From an uncultured virus (IMG/VR IMGVR_UViG_3300020207_002070) (Duplodnaviria > Heunggongvirae > Uroviricota > Caudoviricetes), in IMG/VR virus record IMGVR_UViG_3300020207_002070: a stretch of DNA of 64,000 nt. One strand, 5' to 3'. Positions 30,095-38,849 of the stretch are shown here, piece by piece. Below the pieces are notes generated by a model that was not told the DNA's origin, did not search any database, and saw nothing but the letters and a program-made list of their open reading frames with translations. Position numbers and translations under genes: made by a program. Each line of letters opens with the position of its first letter. Positions within the stretch are counted from its first letter, which is position 1.

Positions 30095-30430
30095 ATGCGA
30101 CCATTATGTAAATGCGGACAGCGTCCGGCAGCTATAAATTATAAAAAAGGAAACAAAATTTACTATCGTAAATTGTGTGAGACGTGCCTACGCAACGGAT
30201 TAGGACACGGAATACCAAAATGGAAGCAAGCAGGATATATTAAAAAAGATACTTGTGAAAAATGTGGTTATACAAGCAAGCATCAAGAACAGTTTAACGT
30301 GTTTCATATTGACGGCAACTTAGAAAATTGCCGTCCTAGCAATTTAAAAACAGTGTGTGCTAACTGTCAACGTATTCTGCAAAAAACTGGGGTGCAGTGG
30401 AAACAGGGAGACTTAATCCCTGATTTTTAA
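30095..30430 (+). CDS. Small Zn-binding HNH-like protein
   Basis: CKC, CETC, CEKC, FHIDGNLENCRPSNLKTVCANC; starts 4 nt after GGTAAATA. Confidence 0.7.
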   Translation: MRPLCKCGQRPAAINYKKGNKIYYRKLCETCLRNGLGHGIPKWKQAGYIKKDTCEKCGYTSKHQEQFNVFHIDGNLENCRPSNLKTVCANCQRILQKTGVQWKQGDLIPDF

Positions 30431-30920
30431 AAATAGTACGCATTAGCATTGCTACATTCTTTTCTAGACGCTTTAGATCGCCGTTGTTGTCAATTGTGTA
30501 ATCACACATCCATTGTTCAATTGTCATTGAATTGTTATCTTCATGCGGCAAGTGGTCTGAACGATCTACCCAAATAGCATAATCAAAAATTTCTTCGTTT
30601 TGCATTGCAAAAAATTCACGTTTGTTGCGAAGTCCGCAGTATATGTCATGTTCTGCAAATAAATTACGTCCTAGTCTAGCAAGATCATCTTTACAATAAT
30701 CATGTATCATGTCATACCATAGTTTACGATGATTGTGCCTATCTGCATAACATTCTTCTTCGTCAGTATAACTGTACTTGTCTTTTAATTCATCAAAAAT
30801 AAACAATTCACTACAAAATTTAGAACTAGACTGAAATGAATATCCGTAAAGTTCTAGCATTTCGCAAACAGTGTCTTTGCCGTGTCTGCCGTGTCCTACA
30901 ACAAGTAGTTTAGGTAACAT
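30360..30920 (-). CDS. Deoxynucleoside monophosphate kinase-like P-loop protein
   Basis: N-terminal GHGRHGKDT P-loop, GLRNKRE, CDYTIDNNG. Confidence 0.7.
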   Translation of the reverse strand: MLPKLLVVGHGRHGKDTVCEMLELYGYSFQSSSKFCSELFIFDELKDKYSYTDEEECYADRHNHRKLWYDMIHDYCKDDLARLGRNLFAEHDIYCGLRNKREFFAMQNEEIFDYAIWVDRSDHLPHEDNNSMTIEQWMCDYTIDNNGDLKRLEKNVAMLMRTIFKNQGLSLPVSTAPQFFAEYVDS

Positions 30921-30947
30921 TAATTAATCTCCACATAGTATAATTTT

Positions 30948-30976
30948 ATTATATGTTATTAATGATATTTTGTCAA
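30948..30976 (-). promoter_or_regulatory. Consensus sigma70 early promoter
   Basis: TTGACA-N17-TATAAT, upstream of SD GGAG and the kinase gene. Confidence 0.85.
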
Positions 30977-30982
30977 CCTATA

Positions 30983-31195
30983 TTACCACTTAGCAACACT
31001 TTTCAACCGTTTTTGTGAACGAATAGCATCCATAATACGAAGTATTTGTTTCTTTTTATTGCCAGGGCGATCATAATGATTTTTTGATGCCCAAGTTTGA
31101 TCTGCTTCTAGTTGTTCAGCAAACTTTTCACCTAACAACTTTTCTAAGTACGATAAGTCCTCATTACTTAGGTCTTGTATCTTCCGTGAAACCAT
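30983..31195 (-). CDS. Small hypothetical protein
   Basis: Start MVSRKIQDL at 31195 with SD GGAG; overlaps the upstream ORF. Confidence 0.55.
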   Translation of the reverse strand: MVSRKIQDLSNEDLSYLEKLLGEKFAEQLEADQTWASKNHYDRPGNKKKQILRIMDAIRSQKRLKSVAKW

Positions 31196-31385
31196 TCTGT
31201 CTATCTCTCCATGCTTGTTCGAACTGTTCTGCATAGTCGTACAAAGGTGCACCATTGCAACCGTCATACCATAGACGTTTGAAATAACCTTCTGCACTTG
31301 CTACTACTGTTTCTGGGGTGGCGTCAAGGTGGCCCTTGACCATGTAAAATAATCTGTACTCTTCTTTAAGATCATTTCTTAACAT
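31164..31385 (-). CDS. Small hypothetical protein
   Basis: 73 aa; ATG 4 nt after TGTAAATA. Confidence 0.6.
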   Translation of the reverse strand: MLRNDLKEEYRLFYMVKGHLDATPETVVASAEGYFKRLWYDGCNGAPLYDYAEQFEQAWRDRQNGFTEDTRPK

Positions 31386-31434
31386 ACAGTATTTACATTA
31401 CTGTTACATTTAGTGCGCTAACATTGGGGTATTT

Positions 31435-32184
31435 TTAGCCGATTGTAAATCCGTAACCTACGCCACCAGCAACTTGCTGAATTACATCTTGCTCTAGTTT
31501 TTCCATTTCTTGCATTGCTTCATTTTTAAGATCATTACCATTAAGGGTTGACCCACCTTGTGGTCCTGCAATAGTAGCAAACTTTGAACGTGCTTCGCCT
31601 AACATATATTTACAGTTTGCCAAAGTATAATCTTTAATCCACTGCTTTGCTAGATAATCATCAAGTAGTTGCTCGTCTGGACGATAATTGTACGCCATGA
31701 GCATTAGTGTTTCGTCTGTTCTCGGACGCTGTAATAATGTAAGTTTATGTGTTGTAGGATTCCATTTGAATTCGATGAACGATCCAAACATACGTCCTAC
31801 AAGTTCTTGGTATTGGCTAAACAAATCATATGTTGCTAGTCCTCCCATATTAGATGAACTTAACAGATATGTGTTAGTGTACGCAAGGTTAAATGGTTCA
31901 AACAAAGTGCCGCCGTCTCCGCCGCCTGTTCTTGATCCAATTGATCTACGAAAGATTCTTCGAACTTCAATAACTTCGTTTGGAAGTGTGTATTCATTTG
32001 TATCTTCCATAGTTTCCATAAACAAATACGATTCTTCTACACTGTTATCTGAACGCTGTCTAAATTTAGTTAATGATTTAACTAAAGCAGTTTCATAATG
32101 GATAGGATCTAGTTCGACATCGACCATGCCGCCGCCTAGCATTGCGTGGACGTAGTCAAATATTTCTTGTTTTTGTGTAGCCAT
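31435..32184 (-). CDS. gp13: Neck protein (head-tail adaptor), gp13-like
   Basis: LGGGMVDVEL, WIKDYTLANCK, KFATIAGPQGGSTLNG. Confidence 0.85.
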   Translation of the reverse strand: MATQKQEIFDYVHAMLGGGMVDVELDPIHYETALVKSLTKFRQRSDNSVEESYLFMETMEDTNEYTLPNEVIEVRRIFRRSIGSRTGGGDGGTLFEPFNLAYTNTYLLSSSNMGGLATYDLFSQYQELVGRMFGSFIEFKWNPTTHKLTLLQRPRTDETLMLMAYNYRPDEQLLDDYLAKQWIKDYTLANCKYMLGEARSKFATIAGPQGGSTLNGNDLKNEAMQEMEKLEQDVIQQVAGGVGYGFTIG

Positions 32185-32205
32185 ATATAAAGTTCTCCGA
32201 TATAG

Positions 32206-32225
32206 TATTTATCTTTCGATAAATA
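32206..32225. promoter_or_regulatory. Divergent late promoters forming a perfect inverted repeat
   Basis: TATTTATC-TTTC-GATAAATA between the divergently transcribed gp13 and gp14. Confidence 0.75.
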
Positions 32226-32230
32226 TGTGT

Positions 32231-33334
32231 ATGCCAAGACTTAGCTTATATAAACCCGAACGTGGTAACGATTTTAACTTCCTAGATAAACAAATTCTAG
32301 AGATGTTTACTGTTGGTGGTACAGACATACATGTATACAAATATATCGGTACTGATGACGGAACAACCGTTAAAGATCATACTCAAATACAAGATTTAAT
32401 GTTTCTTGAAAATCGAGATAGAAAATACGATCAAGATATTTACAGACTTAGAGGCATATACAATGTACAAGATCAAGATTTTGATTTAAGTCAGTTTGGT
32501 TTGTTTTTAAGCAACGACACATTGTTTATGACAGTTCATATACGCAGCAGTGTTGAAACCATTGGTAGAAAAATTATGCCTGGTGATGTATTTGAGTTGC
32601 CGCATTTAATAGATGAATATGCAGAAAATGATGCCAGTGTTGCTCTTAAAAGATTCTACGTTGTAGAAGATATTAATCGTGCTGCTGAAGGATTTTCACA
32701 AACATGGTATCCGCACTTATATCGTGTAAAACTAAAACAAATATACGACGGACAAGAATATAAAGATATTTTAGATTTACCAGCAAGTGAAGATGCGCCC
32801 GATGGAGATACTTTAAGAGATATATTATCTACATACGAAAGAGAAATGAATATTACTACAGGAGTAATACAAGAAGCAACAGAAGAAACTCAAAAAAGCG
32901 GATATGATATCAGTCATTACTTTTCAGTATCCGTTGACGACAACGGTATAGTAGAATTAACTGAAACAAAAGACGCAGACGGTTTATCCGAGATGGCGCC
33001 GCCTGATAGAGCAGGATACAAAGGATATATTATTGGTGATTCTATTTCACCTAATGGAGAAGCATTTGGCTTTGGAGTTCAGTTTCCGGCAGAGCCAGAA
33101 ACTAATGATTATTTTTTAAGAACAGATTTTTTACCTAATAGATTGTTTCAATTTAGAAATAATAAATGGAACAAAATTTACGATGTTAAACGTGCATTTG
33201 TTTACGGTGCAGATGAAACTAATACCCAGCGTGGCACATTTATTAATAATACCAATACTAATAATATAGGTGGCGAAGTAACCGAAGAAAGACAAAGTAT
33301 TTCTCAAGCACTAAAACCTAAGGCGGATAACTAA
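32231..33334 (+). CDS. gp14: Neck protein (head closure), gp14-like
   Basis: LSQFGLFL...MPGDVFELPHL...WYPHLYRVK; sits between gp13 and gp15. Start MPRLSLY at 32231. Confidence 0.7.
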   Translation: MPRLSLYKPERGNDFNFLDKQILEMFTVGGTDIHVYKYIGTDDGTTVKDHTQIQDLMFLENRDRKYDQDIYRLRGIYNVQDQDFDLSQFGLFLSNDTLFMTVHIRSSVETIGRKIMPGDVFELPHLIDEYAENDASVALKRFYVVEDINRAAEGFSQTWYPHLYRVKLKQIYDGQEYKDILDLPASEDAPDGDTLRDILSTYEREMNITTGVIQEATEETQKSGYDISHYFSVSVDDNGIVELTETKDADGLSEMAPPDRAGYKGYIIGDSISPNGEAFGFGVQFPAEPETNDYFLRTDFLPNRLFQFRNNKWNKIYDVKRAFVYGADETNTQRGTFINNTNTNNIGGEVTEERQSISQALKPKADN

Positions 33335-34758
33335 TGCAACATTTTTATGATGGACAAATACGTAGATATCTTACACAAATAGTTAGATTGTTTGGACAAT
33401 TTAGTTATAAAGACGGTAAGGGTAGACTAGTACAAGTTCCAGTTACATACGGCGACTTAACAAGACAAGTAGGAAGTATCCTTAGAGATAATTCTGAAAA
33501 TAAAATTCCTAGCGCACCAAGAATGGCTGTGTATATAACCGGACTAGAAATGGATACTTCACGTCTAGCAGATAGCAGTTATGTTAATAAGCTAAACATT
33601 AGAGAACGTGCATATGATGTAGACGGCCAAGAATATTTAAATAAAGCAGGTAAAAATTATACAGTAGAACGTATAATGCCAACCCCTTATACTCTTACTG
33701 TAAACGTAGACATATGGACTACTAATACGGATCAAAAATTACAAATACTTGAACAAATTTTTATGTTGTTTAATCCTAGTTTAGAAATACAAACAACAGA
33801 CAATTATATCGATTGGACTAGTTTAAGTGTTTTAAATATAGATAACATAAACTTTAGTAGTAGAAGTATACCAACTGGTACTGAAAGTGAAATTGATGTT
33901 GCTTCGATTAGTTTAACAACACCTATCTTTATTAGTCCTCCTGCAAAAGTTAAAAAATTAGGAGTTATTAGTAAAATAATTACAGCAGTATTTGCAGATC
34001 ACGGATTAGAAGTTAATATAGACGAAACTGCTTACACACAAAGTTTAGTTGAACAAAAAATTAAAGAGAACGAAGAAACAGACAAAGTTAATAGTCAACC
34101 AGATGAAGCATTGACTAATGAAAGTGCATTAGTAGTAACTACATATCAAGATTATGGATTAGAAGTGTTTGATGGTGTTGCAAGATTATTAAAGAATGGT
34201 GTTAATCGAAACGATACATGGACTGCTTGGAACATTGCGCAACCATTTACATTTGAACCTGGAATTACACAATTACGATTACAACGTGCAAACGGTTTAG
34301 AAATAGTATTTACTATTGATAGTATTGATACTACAGACGAAACACGACTTATACTAAATGCTCCTGATGCAGAAACATTACCAGCAGATTCTGTTATACC
34401 AGGTCCTGCTGGTGACAAAACATATGTTGATTATATTATAGATCCACTAAGATTTGATCCAATGCAATCGCAATCAAATAATAGACTTTTATTATTAGGT
34501 AGTATAGGTGATCCTAATAATACTAATGGCGCTCTGGCATGGAAGAATTCAGATAACTCAGATTTTGTAGCAAGTGAAAATGATATTGTAGAATGGGACG
34601 GTTCACGCTGGCACATTGTTTTTGATGCTAGTGAAGAAACTAACGAAGCATTTGTAACTAATCTAAACACACAAACACAATACAAATGGACAGGCGAGTA
34701 TTGGATACTCTCTTATGAAGGAGAATATCCAAATGGCTCTTGGAGGTTTACATACTAA
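33334..34758 (+). CDS. gp15: Tail terminator / sheath stabiliser, gp15-like, with a C-terminal extension
   Basis: HFYDGQIRRY, VPVTYG, PRMAV, MPTPY, QILEQIFMLFNP. Confidence 0.8.
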   Translation: MQHFYDGQIRRYLTQIVRLFGQFSYKDGKGRLVQVPVTYGDLTRQVGSILRDNSENKIPSAPRMAVYITGLEMDTSRLADSSYVNKLNIRERAYDVDGQEYLNKAGKNYTVERIMPTPYTLTVNVDIWTTNTDQKLQILEQIFMLFNPSLEIQTTDNYIDWTSLSVLNIDNINFSSRSIPTGTESEIDVASISLTTPIFISPPAKVKKLGVISKIITAVFADHGLEVNIDETAYTQSLVEQKIKENEETDKVNSQPDEALTNESALVVTTYQDYGLEVFDGVARLLKNGVNRNDTWTAWNIAQPFTFEPGITQLRLQRANGLEIVFTIDSIDTTDETRLILNAPDAETLPADSVIPGPAGDKTYVDYIIDPLRFDPMQSQSNNRLLLLGSIGDPNNTNGALAWKNSDNSDFVASENDIVEWDGSRWHIVFDASEETNEAFVTNLNTQTQYKWTGEYWILSYEGEYPNGSWRFTY

Positions 34759-34771
34759 GATAATTATTAGT

Positions 34772-35203
34772 ATGAAAGACATTATTTGTAGTGGTGCATT
34801 AATTTATTCTCTAAAGTCTAAAATGTTTCTATTTCTGCATAGAGCAAACGGAAGCCGTAATAATGTTTGGGGCTTAGTTGGTGGAACTAACGAAGGTTTA
34901 GAAACACCCTGGGAAGGTTTGCGCAGAGAAATTGAAGAAGAAATAGGCTCTATAAATATAAAGAAAACTATTCCTTTAGAAACATTTGTATCTAACGATT
35001 CTAAGTTCCAGTTCCATACATATCTTTGCGTTATCGAAGATATTTTTATTCCTAAACTTAATAACGAGCATGACGGATTTGCTTGGGTAGAATTTAGTAA
35101 ATGGCCGAAACCTTTACACTCAGGTTTGCAAAGCACTCTCAATAGAAAAAGTAATATTACTAAATTAAAAACAGTAATCGAAGTAATAGATTTACTTGAC
35201 TAA
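34772..35203 (+). CDS. NUDIX hydrolase
   Basis: Nudix box GGTNEGLETPWEGLRREIEEEIG; LNNEH; start MKDIICSGA. Confidence 0.88.
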   Translation: MKDIICSGALIYSLKSKMFLFLHRANGSRNNVWGLVGGTNEGLETPWEGLRREIEEEIGSINIKKTIPLETFVSNDSKFQFHTYLCVIEDIFIPKLNNEHDGFAWVEFSKWPKPLHSGLQSTLNRKSNITKLKTVIEVIDLLD

Positions 35204-35224
35204 TAATCATAAAGGTAGTATAAT
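35196..35224 (+). promoter_or_regulatory. Sigma70-like promoter for the heptose operon
   Basis: TTGACT-N17-TATAAT, 5 nt before the hldE ATG. Confidence 0.75.
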
Positions 35225-35229
35225 AAATT

Positions 35230-36372
35230 ATGTCTAAAGTATTAGTTATTGGTGATTTAATAAATGATAGGTATATTTTTGGTTCTTCGACTAGGTTAAG
35301 TCCTGAAGCACCTGTACCTATTGTAAGTCAGGATCGTATAGAAGAATTTCTTGGTGGCGCAGGACTTGTTTATAACAACTTAAAAAGTTTAGGCGTCGAT
35401 GCAACTTTATTAGAATACGACGATCCAAAAAGTGAAAAAACTCGTGTAATCTGTGATGGCCATTATGTTACAAGAATAGACGACGATCGTTATGCTAACG
35501 GATTAGATATTTACAATGATATTAAAAAATTAGATTTATCTAATTTTGAATATGTTATTCTTAGCGATTACAATAAAGGTGTATTAGAATATTCAAAAGA
35601 TATTATTGCACATCTTAATAGTTTTGATTGTAAAGTTATTGTAGATCCTAAACGCCACGTTAGTTGTTATGACGGGGCTTGGTTAGTAAAACCTAATTAC
35701 AAAGAATACAAAGAATTAGGGTTTGAAAAATGGGACGGTAATATAATTGTCACTAATTCTAGTAAAACTACTACTGCTGAATTTGATTTAAAACGTTATG
35801 TTTCGCAACCTGAACCTTTAGAAGTTAATGATGTAACCGGAGCCGGAGATTGTTTTCTTGCTGCATTTGTTTATGCGCTAACTAAAGGGTATGATTATCA
35901 AAAAGCATTAGATTTAGCAAATAGAGGATCAACTGAAAGTGTAAAACACGTAGGTACATATATTCTTACTGAAAAAGACTTGAATAAACGTATTGTTTTT
36001 ACTAACGGATGTTTTGATGTATTGCACAAAGGTCATCTTACATTACTAAAAGAAGCTCGCAGTTTAGGTGATAAACTTGTAGTAGGACTGAATAGTGACG
36101 GTAGTGTAAAACGCTTAAAGGGAGACAACAGACCGTTTAACGATCTTGAAACAAGACGAGAACAATTAGAACTTATTCCGTATGTAGACGAAGTTATTGT
36201 ATTTCATGAAGATACGCCATATGAGCTTATTAAAGAACTAAAGCCAGACTTAATTGTTAAAGGTGGAGACTATACTGTAGAAGAAATTGTAGGACATGAT
36301 TTAGCACCTGTGCATATTGTACCTACAGTACAAGGTTACAGTACAACAAAAATTTTAGAGGCGTCTGTATGA
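35230..36372 (+). CDS. hldE: Bifunctional heptose-7-phosphate kinase / heptose-1-phosphate adenylyltransferase
   Basis: RLSPEAPVP, LSDYNKG, VDPK, DVTGAGD (PfkB family), plus FTNGCFDVLHKGH, GLNSD, KGGDY, STT. Confidence 0.92.
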   Translation: MSKVLVIGDLINDRYIFGSSTRLSPEAPVPIVSQDRIEEFLGGAGLVYNNLKSLGVDATLLEYDDPKSEKTRVICDGHYVTRIDDDRYANGLDIYNDIKKLDLSNFEYVILSDYNKGVLEYSKDIIAHLNSFDCKVIVDPKRHVSCYDGAWLVKPNYKEYKELGFEKWDGNIIVTNSSKTTTAEFDLKRYVSQPEPLEVNDVTGAGDCFLAAFVYALTKGYDYQKALDLANRGSTESVKHVGTYILTEKDLNKRIVFTNGCFDVLHKGHLTLLKEARSLGDKLVVGLNSDGSVKRLKGDNRPFNDLETRREQLELIPYVDEVIVFHEDTPYELIKELKPDLIVKGGDYTVEEIVGHDLAPVHIVPTVQGYSTTKILEASV

Positions 36373-37187
36373 AAATTTTAATTACTGGACACAAAGGATT
36401 TATTGGACAAAATCTAACTCTTAGATTACAAGACGAACACGAGCTATCAGGATATGAATGGCAAGCTGATTATTTGCCTGAAGTTGAAGGCTATGATTGG
36501 GTTATTCATTTAGGTGCTATTTCAAGCACAGCTGAACGTAATGTTGATAAGATCATGTTACAAAATTATGAATTTTCAAAATGGTTGTTTAATCAATGTA
36601 ATCTAAAAGGTGTAAATTTTCAATATGCATCTAGTGCAAGTGTATATGGACCATACGAAAAGTTTAAAGAAGAAGATCCAAAACAACCACAAAGTCCGTA
36701 TGCTTGGAGCAAGTATCTTTTTGATAGATGGGTTACTGGACTCTCAAAAAGAAACATTATAGTTCAAGGATTTAGATATTTTAATGTATACGGTCCTTTA
36801 GAAGACCACAAAGGACATCAAGCAAGTCCTATAACTAAATTTACTAATCAAGCAAAAGAAACTGGTACTATTTCTTTATTTGAAAACAGCGACAAATACA
36901 AAAGAGATTTTATTTTTGTAGGCGATGTATGTGAAGCACATAAAAAATTATTATCTAGTGATGTTTCCGACATTTATAATATAGGAACAGGAACTACTAC
37001 AAGTTTTCAACAAATAGCAGACATTATTGCTAAAAAATATGATGCAAAAATTAAATATGTACCGATGCCGGATCATTTAGCAAATCAATATCAAGAGTAC
37101 ACATGTGCAGACAATTCAAAATTAAGTAATATTGTAAAAATTAATTTTACAACAGTAGAGGAATATATAAATGGATCAGCCAACTAG
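36369..37187 (+). CDS. hldD: ADP-L-glycero-D-manno-heptose 6-epimerase
   Basis: TGHKGFIG, HLGAISST, YASSASVYG, YAWSK, RYFNVYGP, RDFIFV, YQEYTCAD. Confidence 0.88.
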   Translation: MKILITGHKGFIGQNLTLRLQDEHELSGYEWQADYLPEVEGYDWVIHLGAISSTAERNVDKIMLQNYEFSKWLFNQCNLKGVNFQYASSASVYGPYEKFKEEDPKQPQSPYAWSKYLFDRWVTGLSKRNIIVQGFRYFNVYGPLEDHKGHQASPITKFTNQAKETGTISLFENSDKYKRDFIFVGDVCEAHKKLLSSDVSDIYNIGTGTTTSFQQIADIIAKKYDAKIKYVPMPDHLANQYQEYTCADNSKLSNIVKINFTTVEEYINGSAN

Positions 37188-37557
37188 AAAGTCAGGTGTA
37201 GATCAAAAAGGTTGGGGCTACGAAATGATTTGGGCCACAAATGATTTATACTGCGGAAAAATTATGGTGTTTACTAGAGCTGGAGCAAAAACTAGTATGC
37301 ACTTTCATAAAGAAAAAGACGAAACTTGGTTTGTAAACAACGGCAAATTTAAGGTTGCATACATTGATACAAAAAATTCAAAACTACATGAAAAAGAACT
37401 TAATGAAGGCGAAGTTTGGAGGAATCCTCCATTACAGCCACATCAATTAATTTGTCTTTCGAAAGAAGGAAGTGTTACAGAAGTTAGCACTCCAGATAGT
37501 GTTGAAGACAACTATAGAATTATTCCCGGCGACAGTCAAGTATTAAGCGAAGAATAA
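37171..37557 (+). CDS. Cupin, sugar ketol-isomerase-like
   Basis: KGWGYE, SMHFHKEKDETW, PHQL, EVST metal-binding cupin motifs. Confidence 0.8.
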   Translation: MDQPTRKSGVDQKGWGYEMIWATNDLYCGKIMVFTRAGAKTSMHFHKEKDETWFVNNGKFKVAYIDTKNSKLHEKELNEGEVWRNPPLQPHQLICLSKEGSVTEVSTPDSVEDNYRIIPGDSQVLSEE

Positions 37558-37558
37558 A

Positions 37559-38257
37559 ATGTATAGCATAAACTGGAGCAATAAAAAATCAGACAACACT
37601 GTATCCGATAAAAAAGAATCTGCGATTCGATACAGTACAGATAAAACAGAAGAAGAATATAATATTCCATTCTACGATACTGTGAATAATATTGCACCAA
37701 AAGTTGTTGTAGGTTTAGATAGAGACGGTGTTATTAATGTTGATCGTGGAGACTATACCTACAAGGTAGACGACTTTGAACCGATCGAAGGTAGTTTAAA
37801 AGCAATAGCTAAAATTCGTAGACTAGGTCATAAAATTGTTATTATAACAAATCAAGGCGGTATAAGTAAAGGCATTTATACTCAAAACGATGTTGACACT
37901 GTACATAATCATATGTTTAATTTATTAGGTGAAGCAGGCTGTGCAAGTATAGATGCTCTTTATTATAGCGAAACTAGTGCTAGATGGGACCAGTATGCAA
38001 AACCTAATACCGGTATGTTTAAAAGATGTGAAAAAGAATTTCCTTTTATTAAATTTTCAAAAGGATTTTATGTAGGCGATAAAATATCAGATCTAAAAGC
38101 TGCTTTTAAAATGGGAGCAAAGCCTGTACTAGTAAAAACAGGCTACGGAAATGAAACGTTAAAAGAACTTAACAAGTTTTCTAATCAAAAAATTAAAAAG
38201 AAAACTATTGTTTTTGATAATTTATCTAGCTTTGCTGATTGGTTATCTCGTCGATAG
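37559..38257 (+). CDS. gmhB: D-glycero-D-manno-heptose-1,7-bisphosphate phosphatase (HAD)
   Basis: LDRDGVIN, ITNQGGI, KPNTGM, VGDKISD, LVKTGYG. Confidence 0.9.
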   Translation: MYSINWSNKKSDNTVSDKKESAIRYSTDKTEEEYNIPFYDTVNNIAPKVVVGLDRDGVINVDRGDYTYKVDDFEPIEGSLKAIAKIRRLGHKIVIITNQGGISKGIYTQNDVDTVHNHMFNLLGEAGCASIDALYYSETSARWDQYAKPNTGMFKRCEKEFPFIKFSKGFYVGDKISDLKAAFKMGAKPVLVKTGYGNETLKELNKFSNQKIKKKTIVFDNLSSFADWLSRR

Positions 38258-38849
38258 CTATTCCAAAATTTGCACTAATAGTGGATCTTAATTCATCAGC
38301 CTTGTGTGTTGATACATAATGATCTAAACTAGCAGGAAAGAAAATAATATCCCCTTCTTCTAGCGGCGGCGTAACTCTTCTTCCCATAAACGGTTTGTTT
38401 GTAAAGCATTGTGCAAGATGTACCGGAAAATGACTGTAACTAGAATCATAAAAAGAAAAACTTGCACTGTTTGGTGGTAACTTTAACATATATGCACAGC
38501 TAATTACTAAATTTCCACCACTATGGGAATGTACTTCTTGGTATTGTCCTTTTGTATATCTATTTGCCCATGCTTGTCCGTACATTTTTTCACATGCTTC
38601 TTGTGACAATCCTATAGAATATGCATATTCGTCTACTAAATTATAAACAGTTTTAAAAAACAAATGCCAAGGAAATAAACTATTTTTTTCATCATTTTGA
38701 ATTGTTGTTCTACAGTCACAATCCCAAAATGTTGCTTGATCAAAATTATCTTCAGACTCAATAAAAGGAGTAAATCCTTTTAAAATTTCTTCGTGATTAG
38801 GCATTTTTGTTTTATATACAGGTGTGCCAAAAATTACATTAAGACTCAT
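38226..38849 (-). CDS. Putative 2OG-Fe(II) oxygenase
   Basis: WANRY, HSH, FPASLDHYV, RSTISAN. Confidence 0.8.
   Translation of the reverse strand: MSLNVIFGTPVYKTKMPNHEEILKGFTPFIESEDNFDQATFWDCDCRTTIQNDEKNSLFPWHLFFKTVYNLVDEYAYSIGLSQEACEKMYGQAWANRYTKGQYQEVHSHSGGNLVISCAYMLKLPPNSASFSFYDSSYSHFPVHLAQCFTNKPFMGRRVTPPLEEGDIIFFPASLDHYVSTHKADELRSTISANFGIAIDEITNQQS

Noticed and set aside
30095..30430. HNH protein as a mobile homing endonuclease or intron ORF
   Set aside because: Free-standing, small, with its own late promoter; neighbouring genes are uninterrupted and no intron or intein features are seen.
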